DNA of 20,857 nucleotides from Opitutales bacterium (GCA_049598495.1 JBMYNR010000028.1:1-20857); one strand, 5' to 3'; positions 1 through 9,607 are shown, counted from the stretch's first letter. Numbers and translations are program-made. The notes: generated by a model from the letters alone, not told the origin.

Positions 1-108
1 TAACAAGATAAAGAACGACAGCAACAAACTGGTGCAATATTCGGGTTAGAGGTCATAAGCGGTGATCAGCGGTATAGAGATACGGCCCGCGAATCCCGTC
101 GGGCGAAC

Positions 109-134
109 GGCGGTCTTGGCAAGACCGCCCTACC
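109..134 (-). repeat. GTAG-family REP-like palindrome
   Basis: Minus strand reads GGTAG-GGCGGTCTT-GCC-AAGACCGCC: a GTAG tetranucleotide followed by a perfect 9-bp stem (109-117/121-129) with a 3-nt loop. Confidence 0.7.
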
Positions 135-165
135 ATGGAAGGTTGTTGTTAAGAAGTCCGGCTCA

Positions 166-184
166 GGTAGGGCGCGCTCGCCGA
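166..184 (+). repeat. Degenerate/truncated second REP-like copy, inverted relative to 109-134
   Basis: GGTAG-GGCGCGCTC-GCC-GA has the same GGTAGGGCG start and GCC loop. The right arm breaks off after 2 nt. Confidence 0.55.
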
Positions 185-327
185 TCCGGTAGATGGTGGC
201 GCTTCCTTAGGCTGGTTTGCTCGAGGAGGGTCGGTTCAAAGAGGTCCCATCCGGGGGGCTGATGTGGGGGATTTCAGTGCCTTTGGGCGGTCAAAACACG
301 GGGCATGAAAAATCCCCAAACTTAGGG

Positions 328-355
328 TTGCTTTTCGAATATGCGCTTCTATTCT
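328..355 (+). promoter_or_regulatory. Putative sigma70-type promoter for the rplY operon
   Basis: TTGCTT (328-333), 16-nt spacer, TATTCT (350-355), about 60 nt upstream of the rplY ATG. Confidence 0.4.
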
Positions 356-416
356 GCGCGGTTTTCTCAGGTTCAAGGCTGCTTCCAAAGCGGCCATTTT
401 TATCCGTTTTCAAGAC

Positions 417-1094
417 ATGCAAACTTACTCACTCGACATCGTAAATCGCGAAAACACCGGCCGTGGTGTGGCTCGCCGCCTCCGTGCGGAAGGTAAAATT
501 CCCGCTTCTCTCTATGGCCAGGGCAAGGCCCGTTCGGTCACTGTTTCGGCGGTTGCTTTCCGTGATTTGAACCGTGAAATCGGTGGTGGTGCCGCTCTTG
601 TTGAGCTGAAGGATGAAAAGGGAGATTCCGCGCTTTGCCTGATTCAGGATGTCCAGCATCACGCCATTAAGGGCACGGTTGATCACATAGATTTCCAAGA
701 AGTTGAGCGTGGCCACACGTTTACGACGAAGATTCCGACCGTTCTTGTCGGAGAAGCCGATTGCGCGGGGGTCAAGGAAGGTGGTATTCTTGACCACAAG
801 TCACTCGAAGTGGAAATTCGCTGCCGCCCGTCGAAGCTTCCTGAAAACGTAGAAGTGGATGTTTCGGCCCTGGAAGTGGGGAGTGCCGTTCACATCAGTG
901 ATCTCCCTGTTTTGGATGAGGTCGAGTATCTTGGTGAGCCGGCACAAGTCATAGTTTCCGTGCAAGCGCCGACTGTCGCGGCTGAGCCGGAGGTCGAGGC
1001 AAGCGAGGAAGTCGCTGCTGATGAGGTCCCTGCGACCAAGGTCAGTGATGATGCGGGGGACTCTGCAGAAGAGGCCACCTCGGAAGAGAAATAA
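417..1094 (+). CDS. rplY: 50S ribosomal protein L25/general stress protein Ctc (long TL5-type)
   Basis: Motifs ARRLRAEGKIPASLYG and HIDFQ, TL5 C-terminal domain (GVKEGGIL...P.KLP...VDVSALEVGSAVHISDL), acidic tail. Lies upstream of pth. Confidence 0.97.
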   Translation: MQTYSLDIVNRENTGRGVARRLRAEGKIPASLYGQGKARSVTVSAVAFRDLNREIGGGAALVELKDEKGDSALCLIQDVQHHAIKGTVDHIDFQEVERGHTFTTKIPTVLVGEADCAGVKEGGILDHKSLEVEIRCRPSKLPENVEVDVSALEVGSAVHISDLPVLDEVEYLGEPAQVIVSVQAPTVAAEPEVEASEEVAADEVPATKVSDDAGDSAEEATSEEK

Positions 1095-1145
1095 TTTATC
1101 CATTCGGCTCGAGTCGCTGACCCGGGCCACAACGTTCTTTTACAG

Positions 1146-1745
1146 ATGTCCATCGCGGTCATTGCAGGTCTCGGAAACCCCGGACTCAAATACCGCAACA
1201 CCCGACACAACGTCGGCTTCGATCTCGTCGATCAATGGGCGGCCCGCCATGGCGCCCGTTGGAAGACGGAGGCCCGACTGGATGCAGAAGTCGCGGCCGT
1301 CCGGCGGGGCGATCACAAGGTGATGTTGCTCAAGCCGCAGACCTTTATGAATGCAAGCGGCCGGGCCATTGCCGCCGCGCTGCGCTATCGGAAGCTTCCA
1401 GTCGAGTCACTACTCGTGATCTACGATGACCTGACTCTGGAACTTGGCCGGAGCAAATTAAGTGTCAACGGAAGTGCCGGCGGTCATAACGGAATCGCCG
1501 ACATCCTCCGGCAAGTCGGGCAGGGGTTTGCCCGCTTTCGCTTGGGAGTCGGGGAAAAACCGCACAAGGAGATGGACCTCGCCGACTATGTTTTGAGCAA
1601 ATTCACTCAAGACGAACGTTCCCTTTTGGCAGAGCGTGCTTCGATTTATCTCGATCAAGTCGACTTGATCTTGAACGAAGGCCTCGAATCCGCCATGAAT
1701 TCAATCAACCAACGCAAAGTGACACCGCATGAGCGCAACGACTAA
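1146..1745 (+). CDS. pth: Peptidyl-tRNA hydrolase
   Basis: Motifs GLGNPG, TRHNVGF, KPQTFMNASG, GGHNGI, RLGVG, DYVLSKF. Confidence 0.98.
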   Translation: MSIAVIAGLGNPGLKYRNTRHNVGFDLVDQWAARHGARWKTEARLDAEVAAVRRGDHKVMLLKPQTFMNASGRAIAAALRYRKLPVESLLVIYDDLTLELGRSKLSVNGSAGGHNGIADILRQVGQGFARFRLGVGEKPHKEMDLADYVLSKFTQDERSLLAERASIYLDQVDLILNEGLESAMNSINQRKVTPHERND

Positions 1746-2028
1746 AAACAACTACAAAGCAACCTTCATCCTCGACCTCCGCGAATCCGAAGACGATTCC
1801 GCCAAGGTTCTTGCTGATCTCAAAGATCTCCTCGCTTCCATCGGAGGCGAAGTGTCCGATAGTGACGACCTCGGCATGCGCGAATTCGCCCGTGCTGCTG
1901 ACCGCCGCTTCACGCAGGGGCAGTATGTGGAAATTTACTTCGGCGCCGAAGGCAGTGTGCCGGCGGTCCTTCAGGAAAAGCTTCGCCTCGACAAGCGGAT
2001 CAATCGTATTTTTGTCGAAGCACGCTAA
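1729..2028 (+). CDS. rpsF: 30S ribosomal protein S6
   Basis: 99 aa with the S6 pattern (YKATFIL...GG....DLGMREFA...GQY...LRLD.RINR). Lies between pth and ssb and overlaps the pth end by 17 nt. Confidence 0.92.
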   Translation: MSATTKNNYKATFILDLRESEDDSAKVLADLKDLLASIGGEVSDSDDLGMREFARAADRRFTQGQYVEIYFGAEGSVPAVLQEKLRLDKRINRIFVEAR

Positions 2029-2055
2029 GAAAACTCAACCCTCAATCGATTTACC

Positions 2056-2520
2056 ATGGCCTCCTTTAATAAAGTCATTCTTCTGGGAAACTTGACCCGC
2101 GACCCTGAGACGCGTGTCACGGCCAACGGTAATACCATCTGCAAGCTCGGCATGGCCGTCTCTCGTGTCTACTCGACCCGCGATGGCGAACGCCGCGAAG
2201 AAACCACCTTCGTGGATATCGACGCATTCGGCAAGCAGGCTGAAGTCATCACCAAGTATATGCGCAAGGGACGTCCACTCATGGTGGAAGGTCGCCTCAA
2301 GCTGGACCAGTGGGAAACCAACGAGGGTCAAAAGCGTAGCAAGCTCGGCGTCATATTGGAGAATTTCCAATTCGTCGGTGGTCGTGATGAGAATGACGCA
2401 TCGGGCGGCGGATACGAGCAGAGCTCGCCGCCCAAGCGTGATTCCGGTTCCGCGCCACAAACATCCGGTGGCGATGCCCCTGACCCGGGTGACAGCCTCG
2501 ACGAAGACGTACCCTTCTGA
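2056..2520 (+). CDS. ssb: Single-stranded DNA-binding protein
   Basis: N-terminal NKVILLGNLTRDPE, VEGRL...W, Gly/Ser/Pro-rich linker, C-terminal DEDVPF tip. Confidence 0.98.
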   Translation: MASFNKVILLGNLTRDPETRVTANGNTICKLGMAVSRVYSTRDGERREETTFVDIDAFGKQAEVITKYMRKGRPLMVEGRLKLDQWETNEGQKRSKLGVILENFQFVGGRDENDASGGGYEQSSPPKRDSGSAPQTSGGDAPDPGDSLDEDVPF

Positions 2521-2574
2521 GGCGATTTTTCCTACATTCCCTCCAGACTCATCAATTTCAATTAAGAACGTATC

Positions 2575-3081
2575 ATGGCCAATAATCAGGTTCTCCTCCT
2601 CCAACCCATCAACGGACTCGGCGCCGAAGGCGACACAGTCACTGTGCGTGCAGGTTACGCACGTAATTTCCTGCTGCCTCGCAAGCTCGCTTTGCCCATC
2701 ACGCAAGCGAATAAGAAGCATGTCGATGCACTCCTCAAGGCCCGTGAAGCCCGCGAGCAAAAGGAGTTCGAAGAAGCCCGTGAGCTGAGTGCGAAGGTTG
2801 AAAAGACCAGCATCGCGATCGCTGTTAAGACGGGTGAAGGTGGCAAGATGTTTGGCGCGGTGACAGCCAATGATGTGATCGAGCGTCTCAAGGAAGAAGG
2901 CATCACGCTGACTAAGAAGCAGTTGCAGATTTCTGCGCCGATCAAAGCACTGGGCTCCCACGTAGCGAGCGTCAAGCTTCACGCGGATGTCGATACCGAA
3001 CTCAAGTTCGAGGTCGTCTCCGAGAATCCCATCGAAGAAGGTGTGGATTCCGAAGAAGAGCTTGCTGAAGACGAAGAGTAA
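2575..3081 (+). CDS. rplI: 50S ribosomal protein L9
   Basis: Motifs LGAEGDTVTVRAGYARNFLLP, GKMFGAVT, PIKALG..VKLH, plus an acidic C-terminal tail. Confidence 0.98.
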   Translation: MANNQVLLLQPINGLGAEGDTVTVRAGYARNFLLPRKLALPITQANKKHVDALLKAREAREQKEFEEARELSAKVEKTSIAIAVKTGEGGKMFGAVTANDVIERLKEEGITLTKKQLQISAPIKALGSHVASVKLHADVDTELKFEVVSENPIEEGVDSEEELAEDEE

Positions 3082-3092
3082 TTTGCCGGCAC

Positions 3093-3111
3093 TGTCGTAT
3101 CGACATTTTTT
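3093..3111 (+). terminator. Weak putative intrinsic terminator between rplI and dnaB
   Basis: TGTCG-TAT-CGACA 5-bp stem followed directly by T6. Confidence 0.3.
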
Positions 3112-3117
3112 CATACG

Positions 3118-4557
3118 ATGCCGTCTGATTCCAAGTTCTCTTCTGCTCGCGACTCCGGTCGTCAATACAAAGCAAAGCGAAAAGCCACGTCACCGGATGA
3201 CGAGGTGCGCGTGCAGCCGCACAGTATCGAAGCCGAGGAAGGACTACTTGCTGCCTGTTTGATTGACGGTGGGCGGGAGATCCTCACCGAGTGTATCGAG
3301 GCGAAGATCGCGCCGGAGTTTTTCTTTAAGACTGCCCACCAGGAGATTTACCGGGCCCTCATCTCGCTCTACGAGACGGGAGATCCGGTCGATGAAATTC
3401 TCTTGTTGGAGTATCTTCGTAAGAATGGGCTCGAAGAGGAGGTCGGCGGGATCAGCACCATCTATGCGATTCAGGATCGAATCGAAACGCCGGCCCACGC
3501 GCGTTACTTTGCCAAGATTGTTCACGAGAAGTATCTACTTCGGCGGTTGATTCGCACCTCACGGGAAGCGATTGAGGCCTGTTATGAGCAGCAGGAGGAC
3601 ATGTCGTCCTTCATTGAGAAGATCGAGCAGGATATTTTCGACATCAGTCGCGACCGGATCACGGATGCGGCCAAGCCCATACGGGAATCGCTCGACGAGG
3701 CGGTTCAGGATATACACGCCCTGCTCAACGGGCGCGACGATGCGGACGGCGTGCTTTCCGGCTTCCGTGATCTCGACGGGATGACTTATGGCTTTCACCC
3801 GGGTCAAATGATCGTCCTTGCGGCCCGTCCTTCTGTTGGTAAGACCAGTCTGGCAATGAACTTCGCGGAGCATGCAATTATCCCCGACGGTGGTCGCAAG
3901 CCCAACGGGGTCTTGGTCTTTAGTCTTGAAATGACGGCCTCGCAGTTGGCCATGCGTTTAATTTGCAGCCGGGCACGTGTGGATATGAAGCGGATTCGTG
4001 ACCGGGTGATTTCGAAGCAGGATACTGCGGAGATTTCCAACACGGTCAACGAGCTCAAGCAGGCTCCGCTCTGGATCGACGATGCTTCCAATTCCACAAT
4101 TCTTGATCTGCGGGCGAAGGCGCGGCGGCTCCACACGAAGAATAAGCTAGGTCTCGTTGTGGTCGACTACCTCCAGTTGATTCGGGGCACCGATAATCGT
4201 GTACAGCGCGAACAACAGATTGCCGATATTTCCCGCGGGATGAAGGGCATGGCGAAGGAGCTCAATGTGCCTGTGGTTGTGCTGAGTCAGCTCAACCGCG
4301 AATCCGAGAAGGAAAACCGTGACCCCCGTCTCTCGGATCTGCGCGAATCGGGCTCGATTGAGCAGGATGCGGACGTGGTTTTCCTACTTCACCGCCCCAA
4401 AAAGCGTGACGAAGATGAATCCGTGGGCGAGGGAGGCCTTCCCGGGGATGTCGAGCACATCAAATTAATCATTGCCAAGCAGCGTAATGGACCCGTAGGT
4501 GAAGTGGATCTAACATTTGTCCGCCGCTACACCCGCTACGAGAATTTCAAACGCTAA
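3118..4557 (+). CDS. dnaB: Replicative DNA helicase DnaB
   Basis: Motifs PHSIEAE, Walker [49 protein letters not shown]. Normal length with no intein. Confidence 0.98.
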   Translation: MPSDSKFSSARDSGRQYKAKRKATSPDDEVRVQPHSIEAEEGLLAACLIDGGREILTECIEAKIAPEFFFKTAHQEIYRALISLYETGDPVDEILLLEYLRKNGLEEEVGGISTIYAIQDRIETPAHARYFAKIVHEKYLLRRLIRTSREAIEACYEQQEDMSSFIEKIEQDIFDISRDRITDAAKPIRESLDEAVQDIHALLNGRDDADGVLSGFRDLDGMTYGFHPGQMIVLAARPSVGKTSLAMNFAEHAIIPDGGRKPNGVLVFSLEMTASQLAMRLICSRARVDMKRIRDRVISKQDTAEISNTVNELKQAPLWIDDASNSTILDLRAKARRLHTKNKLGLVVVDYLQLIRGTDNRVQREQQIADISRGMKGMAKELNVPVVVLSQLNRESEKENRDPRLSDLRESGSIEQDADVVFLLHRPKKRDEDESVGEGGLPGDVEHIKLIIAKQRNGPVGEVDLTFVRRYTRYENFKR

Positions 4558-4580
4558 GGGTCAGCTCCCAGGTTTTTATA

Positions 4581-6917
4581 ATGCGCTTCCTTACATCACT
4601 CACATTCTTTTTAGCAGGTTTTTTTACACTTGGACCGGTTGTGACGACCGTCAGTGGGCAAGATCGAAATGCAGAGCAAAGCTATCCCGTCGTCAATGAG
4701 ATCGTGACGGAGTTTAGGGGCTTCCGCTCGGTCAGTGATCAATATGTTTTGGGCAATGTTCAGTTGCGGCCGGGGATGAACTACAACCCTGCGATGGTCG
4801 ACCAATCGATCCGCATGCTCTACAGGACCGGTCAGTTTGAATTTGTAGAGGTTCGTGTGGAGCCGGTCGATGATGACAAGGTGAACGTGATTTATGAGCT
4901 TGTTTCCAAGTATACCATCCAGCGGATTCGTTTTCTTGGGAACGATCATTACGACGACGCACGGCTCGTCTCCAAAGCCGAGCTGGAAACAGGGCTGCCA
5001 CTGGATGAATACCTGGTAAGTCTTGGCGCCGAAAAGATCGCCGAGTATTATGTGGAGAAGGGGTATCCCGACGTGGAGGTCGACTACCGGATCGAGCGGG
5101 ACGAGGACAGCGGTGATGCCACGGTCAGCTACGATATTGTTGAGGGCGGCCAAGTCCGTATCAAAGAGATCATCTTCGAAGGCAACGAAGCGTTTACCGA
5201 TAAGCAACTCCGTAAACAGTTGGAAACAAAAGAGAACAACTTATTCCTCTCATGGATCACGGGAGCGGGAAAGTTTGATGAAAAGAAATTTAAGGAAGAC
5301 CTGACAACACTGCGTAAGTTTTACCGCGACTCGGGCTACCTGGATTGTGAGATCGACGAATCCAGGATCTCCATGGATTTTATTGCAGACGATAAAATCA
5401 ATATCACCATTCCCGTTGAGGAGGGCCAACTCTACTACCTGGGTGCCTTTTCCGTTGAGAATGCGACGATCTACACGGAGAACGAATTACTCCGTGTGGT
5501 GGATCTGGTTACCGGTTCGACCTTTTCCCCTCAGGCTGTCGACGATGCGGCAACTGCCATTCGTGAATATTATACTTCAAGCGGCTACCTCGAAAGTGGT
5601 GTGCGTGCGGAGCGTGTTCCCAATATGGAGACCCGTCAAATTGACGTCGTATTCCGTGTTCGAGAAAGTGGAAAGTTTTACGTCGAATCGATCAAGGTGG
5701 AGGGCAACACCAAGTCCAGGGCGCGAGTCATTATTCGGGAACTGGCCCTCAGTCCGGGAGATGTCTTTGACGGTCGCCGTATGGAAGTGAGCGAGCGTCG
5801 TCTAAAAAACACCGGCTTTTTTGAAGAGGTTCGACTCAATCCTGAGCCCACGAATGTTCCCGGGCGCAAGGATCTCAGTGTGACCGTGCGTGAAGGTCGG
5901 ACGGGTAATTTCAGTTTTGGCGCGGGTTTTGGCTCGGTGGAGAGTGCGGTTGTTTACCTCGAGGTGACGCAGGGCAACTTTGATTTGTTTAATTGGCGTT
6001 CCGGTTTCCAGGGGGATGGTCAGAAATTCCGTTTCCGTGCCTCGCTCGGAACTCAGAGTAACCAGCTTTTGGTTGGTTTTGAGGAGCCCTGGCTTTTTGA
6101 GCAGCGTCTCGCATTTGGTGTGGAGCTTTACCGGACGGAATCGGACTATAATAGTTCTGAGTATAATGAATTGCGGACCGGCTTTGAGATTTATCTGCGG
6201 CGTCGTCTTTTCGAATTGGTGGAGGCTCGTATGTCCTACCGTTTGGAATCGGTTGATATTTTTGATGTGCGGCGCGAAGCCTTCCTCCAATACGAGGGTA
6301 AGGACCTTATTTCCAAGCTCGGGGTGACCTTTCTTCGAGATACCCGGGAGACTCTTGTCTTCACGCGAAAGGGAAATCGATCGACGCTAGGTTTTGAATA
6401 CGCAGGTCTTGGTGGGGATGTGAACTACTATAAAATCGAGGGACGCACGGCGCACTTTATTCCCACATTCGACAGTTTAGAGCAGTCCTTTTCCATCGTC
6501 GCACGTGCCGGAATGGCCACACCCTTTGGTCAGAGCGATGATGTGCCCTTTTACGATCGTTTCTACTTGGGTGGGCCGGAGACTTTGCGTGGTTTCGACT
6601 ACCGCGAGGTTGGTCCACGAGTGGAAGGGGATACCCTCAATGAATCGGTGGGCGGCAATACCTATACCTTCGTTTCCCTGGAATATGGCTTCAGAATCGG
6701 GGAACCTTTAGGGCTGGTTGTTTTCTATGACTGGGGATTTGTAAATAAAGATGATTTCGATTTCAGCATGTCCGACTACGCCGACAACTGGGGTGTGGGT
6801 GCCCGCATCATGCTTATGGGTTCTCCGCTCAAGCTCGATCTTGGTATTCCCATCACCTCACCGGATGGTGTTGGCGGTGGCACACAGTTTAATTTTTCCT
6901 TTGGCACACGCTTCTAG
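4581..6917 (+). CDS. bamA: Outer membrane protein assembly factor BamA
   Basis: 778 aa with a signal peptide, repeated POTRA motifs (I.F.GN), FYLGG..LRGF barrel-loop motif and terminal Phe. Lies upstream of skp-lpxD. Confidence 0.96.
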   Translation: MRFLTSLTFFLAGFFTLGPVVTTVSGQDRNAEQSYPVVNEIVTEFRGFRSVSDQYVLGNVQLRPGMNYNPAMVDQSIRMLYRTGQFEFVEVRVEPVDDDKVNVIYELVSKYTIQRIRFLGNDHYDDARLVSKAELETGLPLDEYLVSLGAEKIAEYYVEKGYPDVEVDYRIERDEDSGDATVSYDIVEGGQVRIKEIIFEGNEAFTDKQLRKQLETKENNLFLSWITGAGKFDEKKFKEDLTTLRKFYRDSGYLDCEIDESRISMDFIADDKINITIPVEEGQLYYLGAFSVENATIYTENELLRVVDLVTGSTFSPQAVDDAATAIREYYTSSGYLESGVRAERVPNMETRQIDVVFRVRESGKFYVESIKVEGNTKSRARVIIRELALSPGDVFDGRRMEVSERRLKNTGFFEEVRLNPEPTNVPGRKDLSVTVREGRTGNFSFGAGFGSVESAVVYLEVTQGNFDLFNWRSGFQGDGQKFRFRASLGTQSNQLLVGFEEPWLFEQRLAFGVELYRTESDYNSSEYNELRTGFEIYLRRRLFELVEARMSYRLESVDIFDVRREAFLQYEGKDLISKLGVTFLRDTRETLVFTRKGNRSTLGFEYAGLGGDVNYYKIEGRTAHFIPTFDSLEQSFSIVARAGMATPFGQSDDVPFYDRFYLGGPETLRGFDYREVGPRVEGDTLNESVGGNTYTFVSLEYGFRIGEPLGLVVFYDWGFVNKDDFDFSMSDYADNWGVGARIMLMGSPLKLDLGIPITSPDGVGGGTQFNFSFGTRF

Positions 6918-6963
6918 AGCTGCCTATCTAACTCTTACACCCTAATCTCAACCACACAATTAT

Positions 6964-7506
6964 ATGAAAAAGTTCACGACTCTAGTTCTCGCCGCCATGC
7001 TTTTGGCAACTGGCCTCATTGCCCAAAAGACCCCTGTGATGGGCGTTGTCGACGTTCAACGCGTGCTCAACGACTATACTGAATTCCAGGCGGCCGTTGA
7101 AAAGGTGCGTGGTTCCGTGGCTCCTGTTGAAGAGGAAATGCAGCGGATGCAGGCCAATATTCAGGAGATTGTCACCAAGGGCCGCGAGGCGGAGACCAAG
7201 GCCAAGAATCCGGCTGCCAGCGATGAAGCAAGGGCGGAGGCCCAAGCCGAGGTCGCATCTCTTTCCGGGCAGCTTCAAGAGGCACAGGGAAACCTGGCTC
7301 AATTCCGCCAGCAGGCACAGCAACTTGCACAGCAGGGGCAAAAGGAAGAGCTGGCGCCTCTTCAGGAAAAAGCGGTTGAAGCCGTGAAGACGGTTGCTCA
7401 GGATAAAGGGATCGACCTGGTCGTCGCCAAAAACGCAGTGATTTATTCTTCCGATTCGCTTGAGATTTCGGATGCGGTCATTGCGATCCTGAACTCCGGC
7501 GAATAA
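6964..7506 (+). CDS. skp: OmpH/Skp family periplasmic chaperone
   Basis: Signal peptide, GVVDVQRVL, long Gln/Glu/Ala coiled coil, C-terminal VAQDKGIDLVV...VIY...EISDAVI. Sits in the bamA-skp-lpxD context. Confidence 0.92.
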   Translation: MKKFTTLVLAAMLLATGLIAQKTPVMGVVDVQRVLNDYTEFQAAVEKVRGSVAPVEEEMQRMQANIQEIVTKGREAETKAKNPAASDEARAEAQAEVASLSGQLQEAQGNLAQFRQQAQQLAQQGQKEELAPLQEKAVEAVKTVAQDKGIDLVVAKNAVIYSSDSLEISDAVIAILNSGE

Positions 7507-7530
7507 ATTACCCGAAAAAGTTCGATTTTC

Positions 7531-7564
7531 AAAAACCCTGTTCTCGCATAGGACAGGGTTTTTT
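7531..7564 (+). terminator. Intrinsic terminator (potentially bidirectional) between skp and lpxD
   Basis: AAAAACCCTGT-TCT-cgcat-AGG-ACAGGGTTTTT(T) forms a stem of up to 14 bp (one G:U) ending in a T6 run, with an A5 run on the 5' side. Confidence 0.75.
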
Positions 7565-7578
7565 GTTCTCTATTGACC

Positions 7579-8640
7579 ATGGCCATTGCGTATCGTGTAG
7601 ACCGTATCCTTGAGATTGTCGGGGAGGGGGCTGAGACAGTCGGTTCCTTTGATGATTTCATTGGGGGGATTGCTTCTCTTTCAGAGGCGCAGTCGGGTGA
7701 TCTCTCCTTTCTCGGAAACCCGAAATACCGATCCTTGGTGCCCGATTCCGCGGCCTCCGTGATTTTGGTTCCGCAGGACTACGATGGAGACCCTAGTGAG
7801 GGTCAGCTCTACATAAAACTAGAGAATCCTTCCTTCGCACTGGCGCTGATTTGCCGCGACATCGAGGGCAGTCTCTTGCCGCGGCCCGCCCCGGGCATCC
7901 ACCCGACGGCGGTGGTCGAGGCCGGTGCGATCATCTCACCCGAAGCCAGCATCGGAGCATTTTGTGTGATTTCCGAAGGTGCGACAATCGGTCGTGCTGT
8001 GGTTCTGGAGAGCCATGTCCACGTCGGGCGCTCGGCAAAGGTCGGAGATGAGAGCCATGTCTTCCCTAGGGTGACGATTAGTGATTATTGTGAGATTGGC
8101 TGTCGCAATCGACTCCTTTCAGGCAGCGTGATTGGCTCCGACGGTTACGGCTATGAATTTTTTGACGGGGCCCATCAACGCGTGCCTCAAATCGGCAACG
8201 TGGTGACGGAGGCGGATGTGGATATCGGAGCGAACAGCACGATTGACCGGGCACGCTTTGGTTCGACGCAGATCGGGGCGGGCACGAAAATCGACAACCA
8301 AGTCCAGATCGCCCACAATGTAAGGATTGGCAAATGTTGCCTTGTGGTCGCGCAGGTCGGGGTCAGTGGGAGCACGATTCTGGGCGACGGCGTCGTCGTC
8401 GGGGGCCAAGCTGGCATTGCGGGGCACCTTCAGGTCGGGGCCGGTGCCATGATTGCCGGAGGCACAGCCGTGCTGAGCGATATTGAAGCGAAGAGCAAGG
8501 TGCGCGGATATCCCGCCATGCCGATGATGCTCTTTAATCGGATGGCAGTTTTGCAACGAAAGTTACCTGATCTTTTCAAAAGGTTTGATCAACTGGAGAA
8601 AAGGGTGAAATCTGCTGAAAACGACACCACAACTTCCTGA
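7579..8640 (+). CDS. lpxD: UDP-3-O-(3-hydroxyacyl)glucosamine N-acyltransferase
   Basis: Motifs GDLSFLGNPKY, IHPTAVV, hexapeptide repeats, IGSDGYGY, IGANSTIDR, TKIDNQVQIAHNV. ATG at 7579 preferred over TTG at 7573. Confidence 0.97.
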   Translation: MAIAYRVDRILEIVGEGAETVGSFDDFIGGIASLSEAQSGDLSFLGNPKYRSLVPDSAASVILVPQDYDGDPSEGQLYIKLENPSFALALICRDIEGSLLPRPAPGIHPTAVVEAGAIISPEASIGAFCVISEGATIGRAVVLESHVHVGRSAKVGDESHVFPRVTISDYCEIGCRNRLLSGSVIGSDGYGYEFFDGAHQRVPQIGNVVTEADVDIGANSTIDRARFGSTQIGAGTKIDNQVQIAHNVRIGKCCLVVAQVGVSGSTILGDGVVVGGQAGIAGHLQVGAGAMIAGGTAVLSDIEAKSKVRGYPAMPMMLFNRMAVLQRKLPDLFKRFDQLEKRVKSAENDTTTS

Positions 8641-8645
8641 ATAAT

Positions 8646-9596
8646 ATGAGAGAGAGCGCTCTTAAGATTTTCTGCGGTAATTCGAATCCGGCTCTGGCCG
8701 AAGAAATTTGTCAGTATTTGGACGTTCCTCTGGGGGAGGCCGACGTGATCAGCTTTCCTGACGGGGAGAGTTTTGTCCGGATCAATGAGAATATACGGGG
8801 CGCAGACGTATTTATCATTCAGTCGACCTGTAATCCGGCCAATCAGAACTTGATGGAATTGTTCATCATGATTGATGCGGCACGGCGGGCATCGGCCAGC
8901 CGTATCACAGCAGTGATTCCCTTTTACGGGTATGCACGGCAGGACCGGAAGGACCAGCCTCGGGTGCCGATTACCTCAAAGCTCGTGGCCAATCTACTTG
9001 TGTCCGCAGGCACGGACCGTGTTTTGACGGTGGACCTCCACGCCCAGCAGATTCAGGGCTTTTTCGATATTCCGGTGGATCACTTGTATGCATCGCCTGT
9101 GTTGTTTCAGTATTTGAAGGATATTGATACGAAGAACCTGACACTCTTCTCTCCCGATGTGGGCGGGATGAAAATGGCATCCGCGTATGCAGGCATGCTC
9201 GATGTGCCGCTGGGTTTCATTGCCAAGCGGCGGACGAGTGCCGAGACGGTGGAGGCGACTTCGCTGGTCGGTGAGACGGAAGGGCGAGACATCCTCCTGA
9301 TCGACGATATGACCGAAACCGCGGGCACCCTATGTGCGGCTGCGGAGATTCTCAAAGAAAACGGAGCCAAGAGTGTGATGGCCGCAGTTAGCCACGGGGT
9401 ATTGAATGATATGGGCTATCAACGTTTGGCACGCTGCGAAATTGACCAACTGATCACCACCAACACGACGCCTGTCCAGCAGAAGGACGGTCTACCGATC
9501 ACGGTGCTCAGTGTGGCCGAGTTATTGGGGGAGGGAATCAAGCGCATTCACAACAATGCCAGTGTGACCGGCCTCTTTGATATCAAGGGCTTCTAG
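8646..9596 (+). CDS. prs: Ribose-phosphate pyrophosphokinase
   Basis: Motifs FPDGE, IPFYGYARQDRK, DLHAQQIQGFF, SPDVGG, and PRPP-binding IDDMTETAGT. Confidence 0.98.
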   Translation: MRESALKIFCGNSNPALAEEICQYLDVPLGEADVISFPDGESFVRINENIRGADVFIIQSTCNPANQNLMELFIMIDAARRASASRITAVIPFYGYARQDRKDQPRVPITSKLVANLLVSAGTDRVLTVDLHAQQIQGFFDIPVDHLYASPVLFQYLKDIDTKNLTLFSPDVGGMKMASAYAGMLDVPLGFIAKRRTSAETVEATSLVGETEGRDILLIDDMTETAGTLCAAAEILKENGAKSVMAAVSHGVLNDMGYQRLARCEIDQLITTNTTPVQQKDGLPITVLSVAELLGEGIKRIHNNASVTGLFDIKGF

Positions 9597-9607
9597 TCGG
9601 AACGGCG

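Noticed and set aside
62..444. ORFs 62..262 and 217..444
   Set aside because: They run through the REP-like hairpins and the rplY promoter region, have no recognisable motifs, and the second overlaps rplY.
2035..3165. 376-aa antisense ORF spanning ssb and rplI
   Set aside because: It is a mirror-frame shadow of strongly codon-biased genes, with no protein motifs.
3118..4557. Possible intein or split in DnaB
   Set aside because: The length is normal (479 aa) and all helicase motifs are contiguous.
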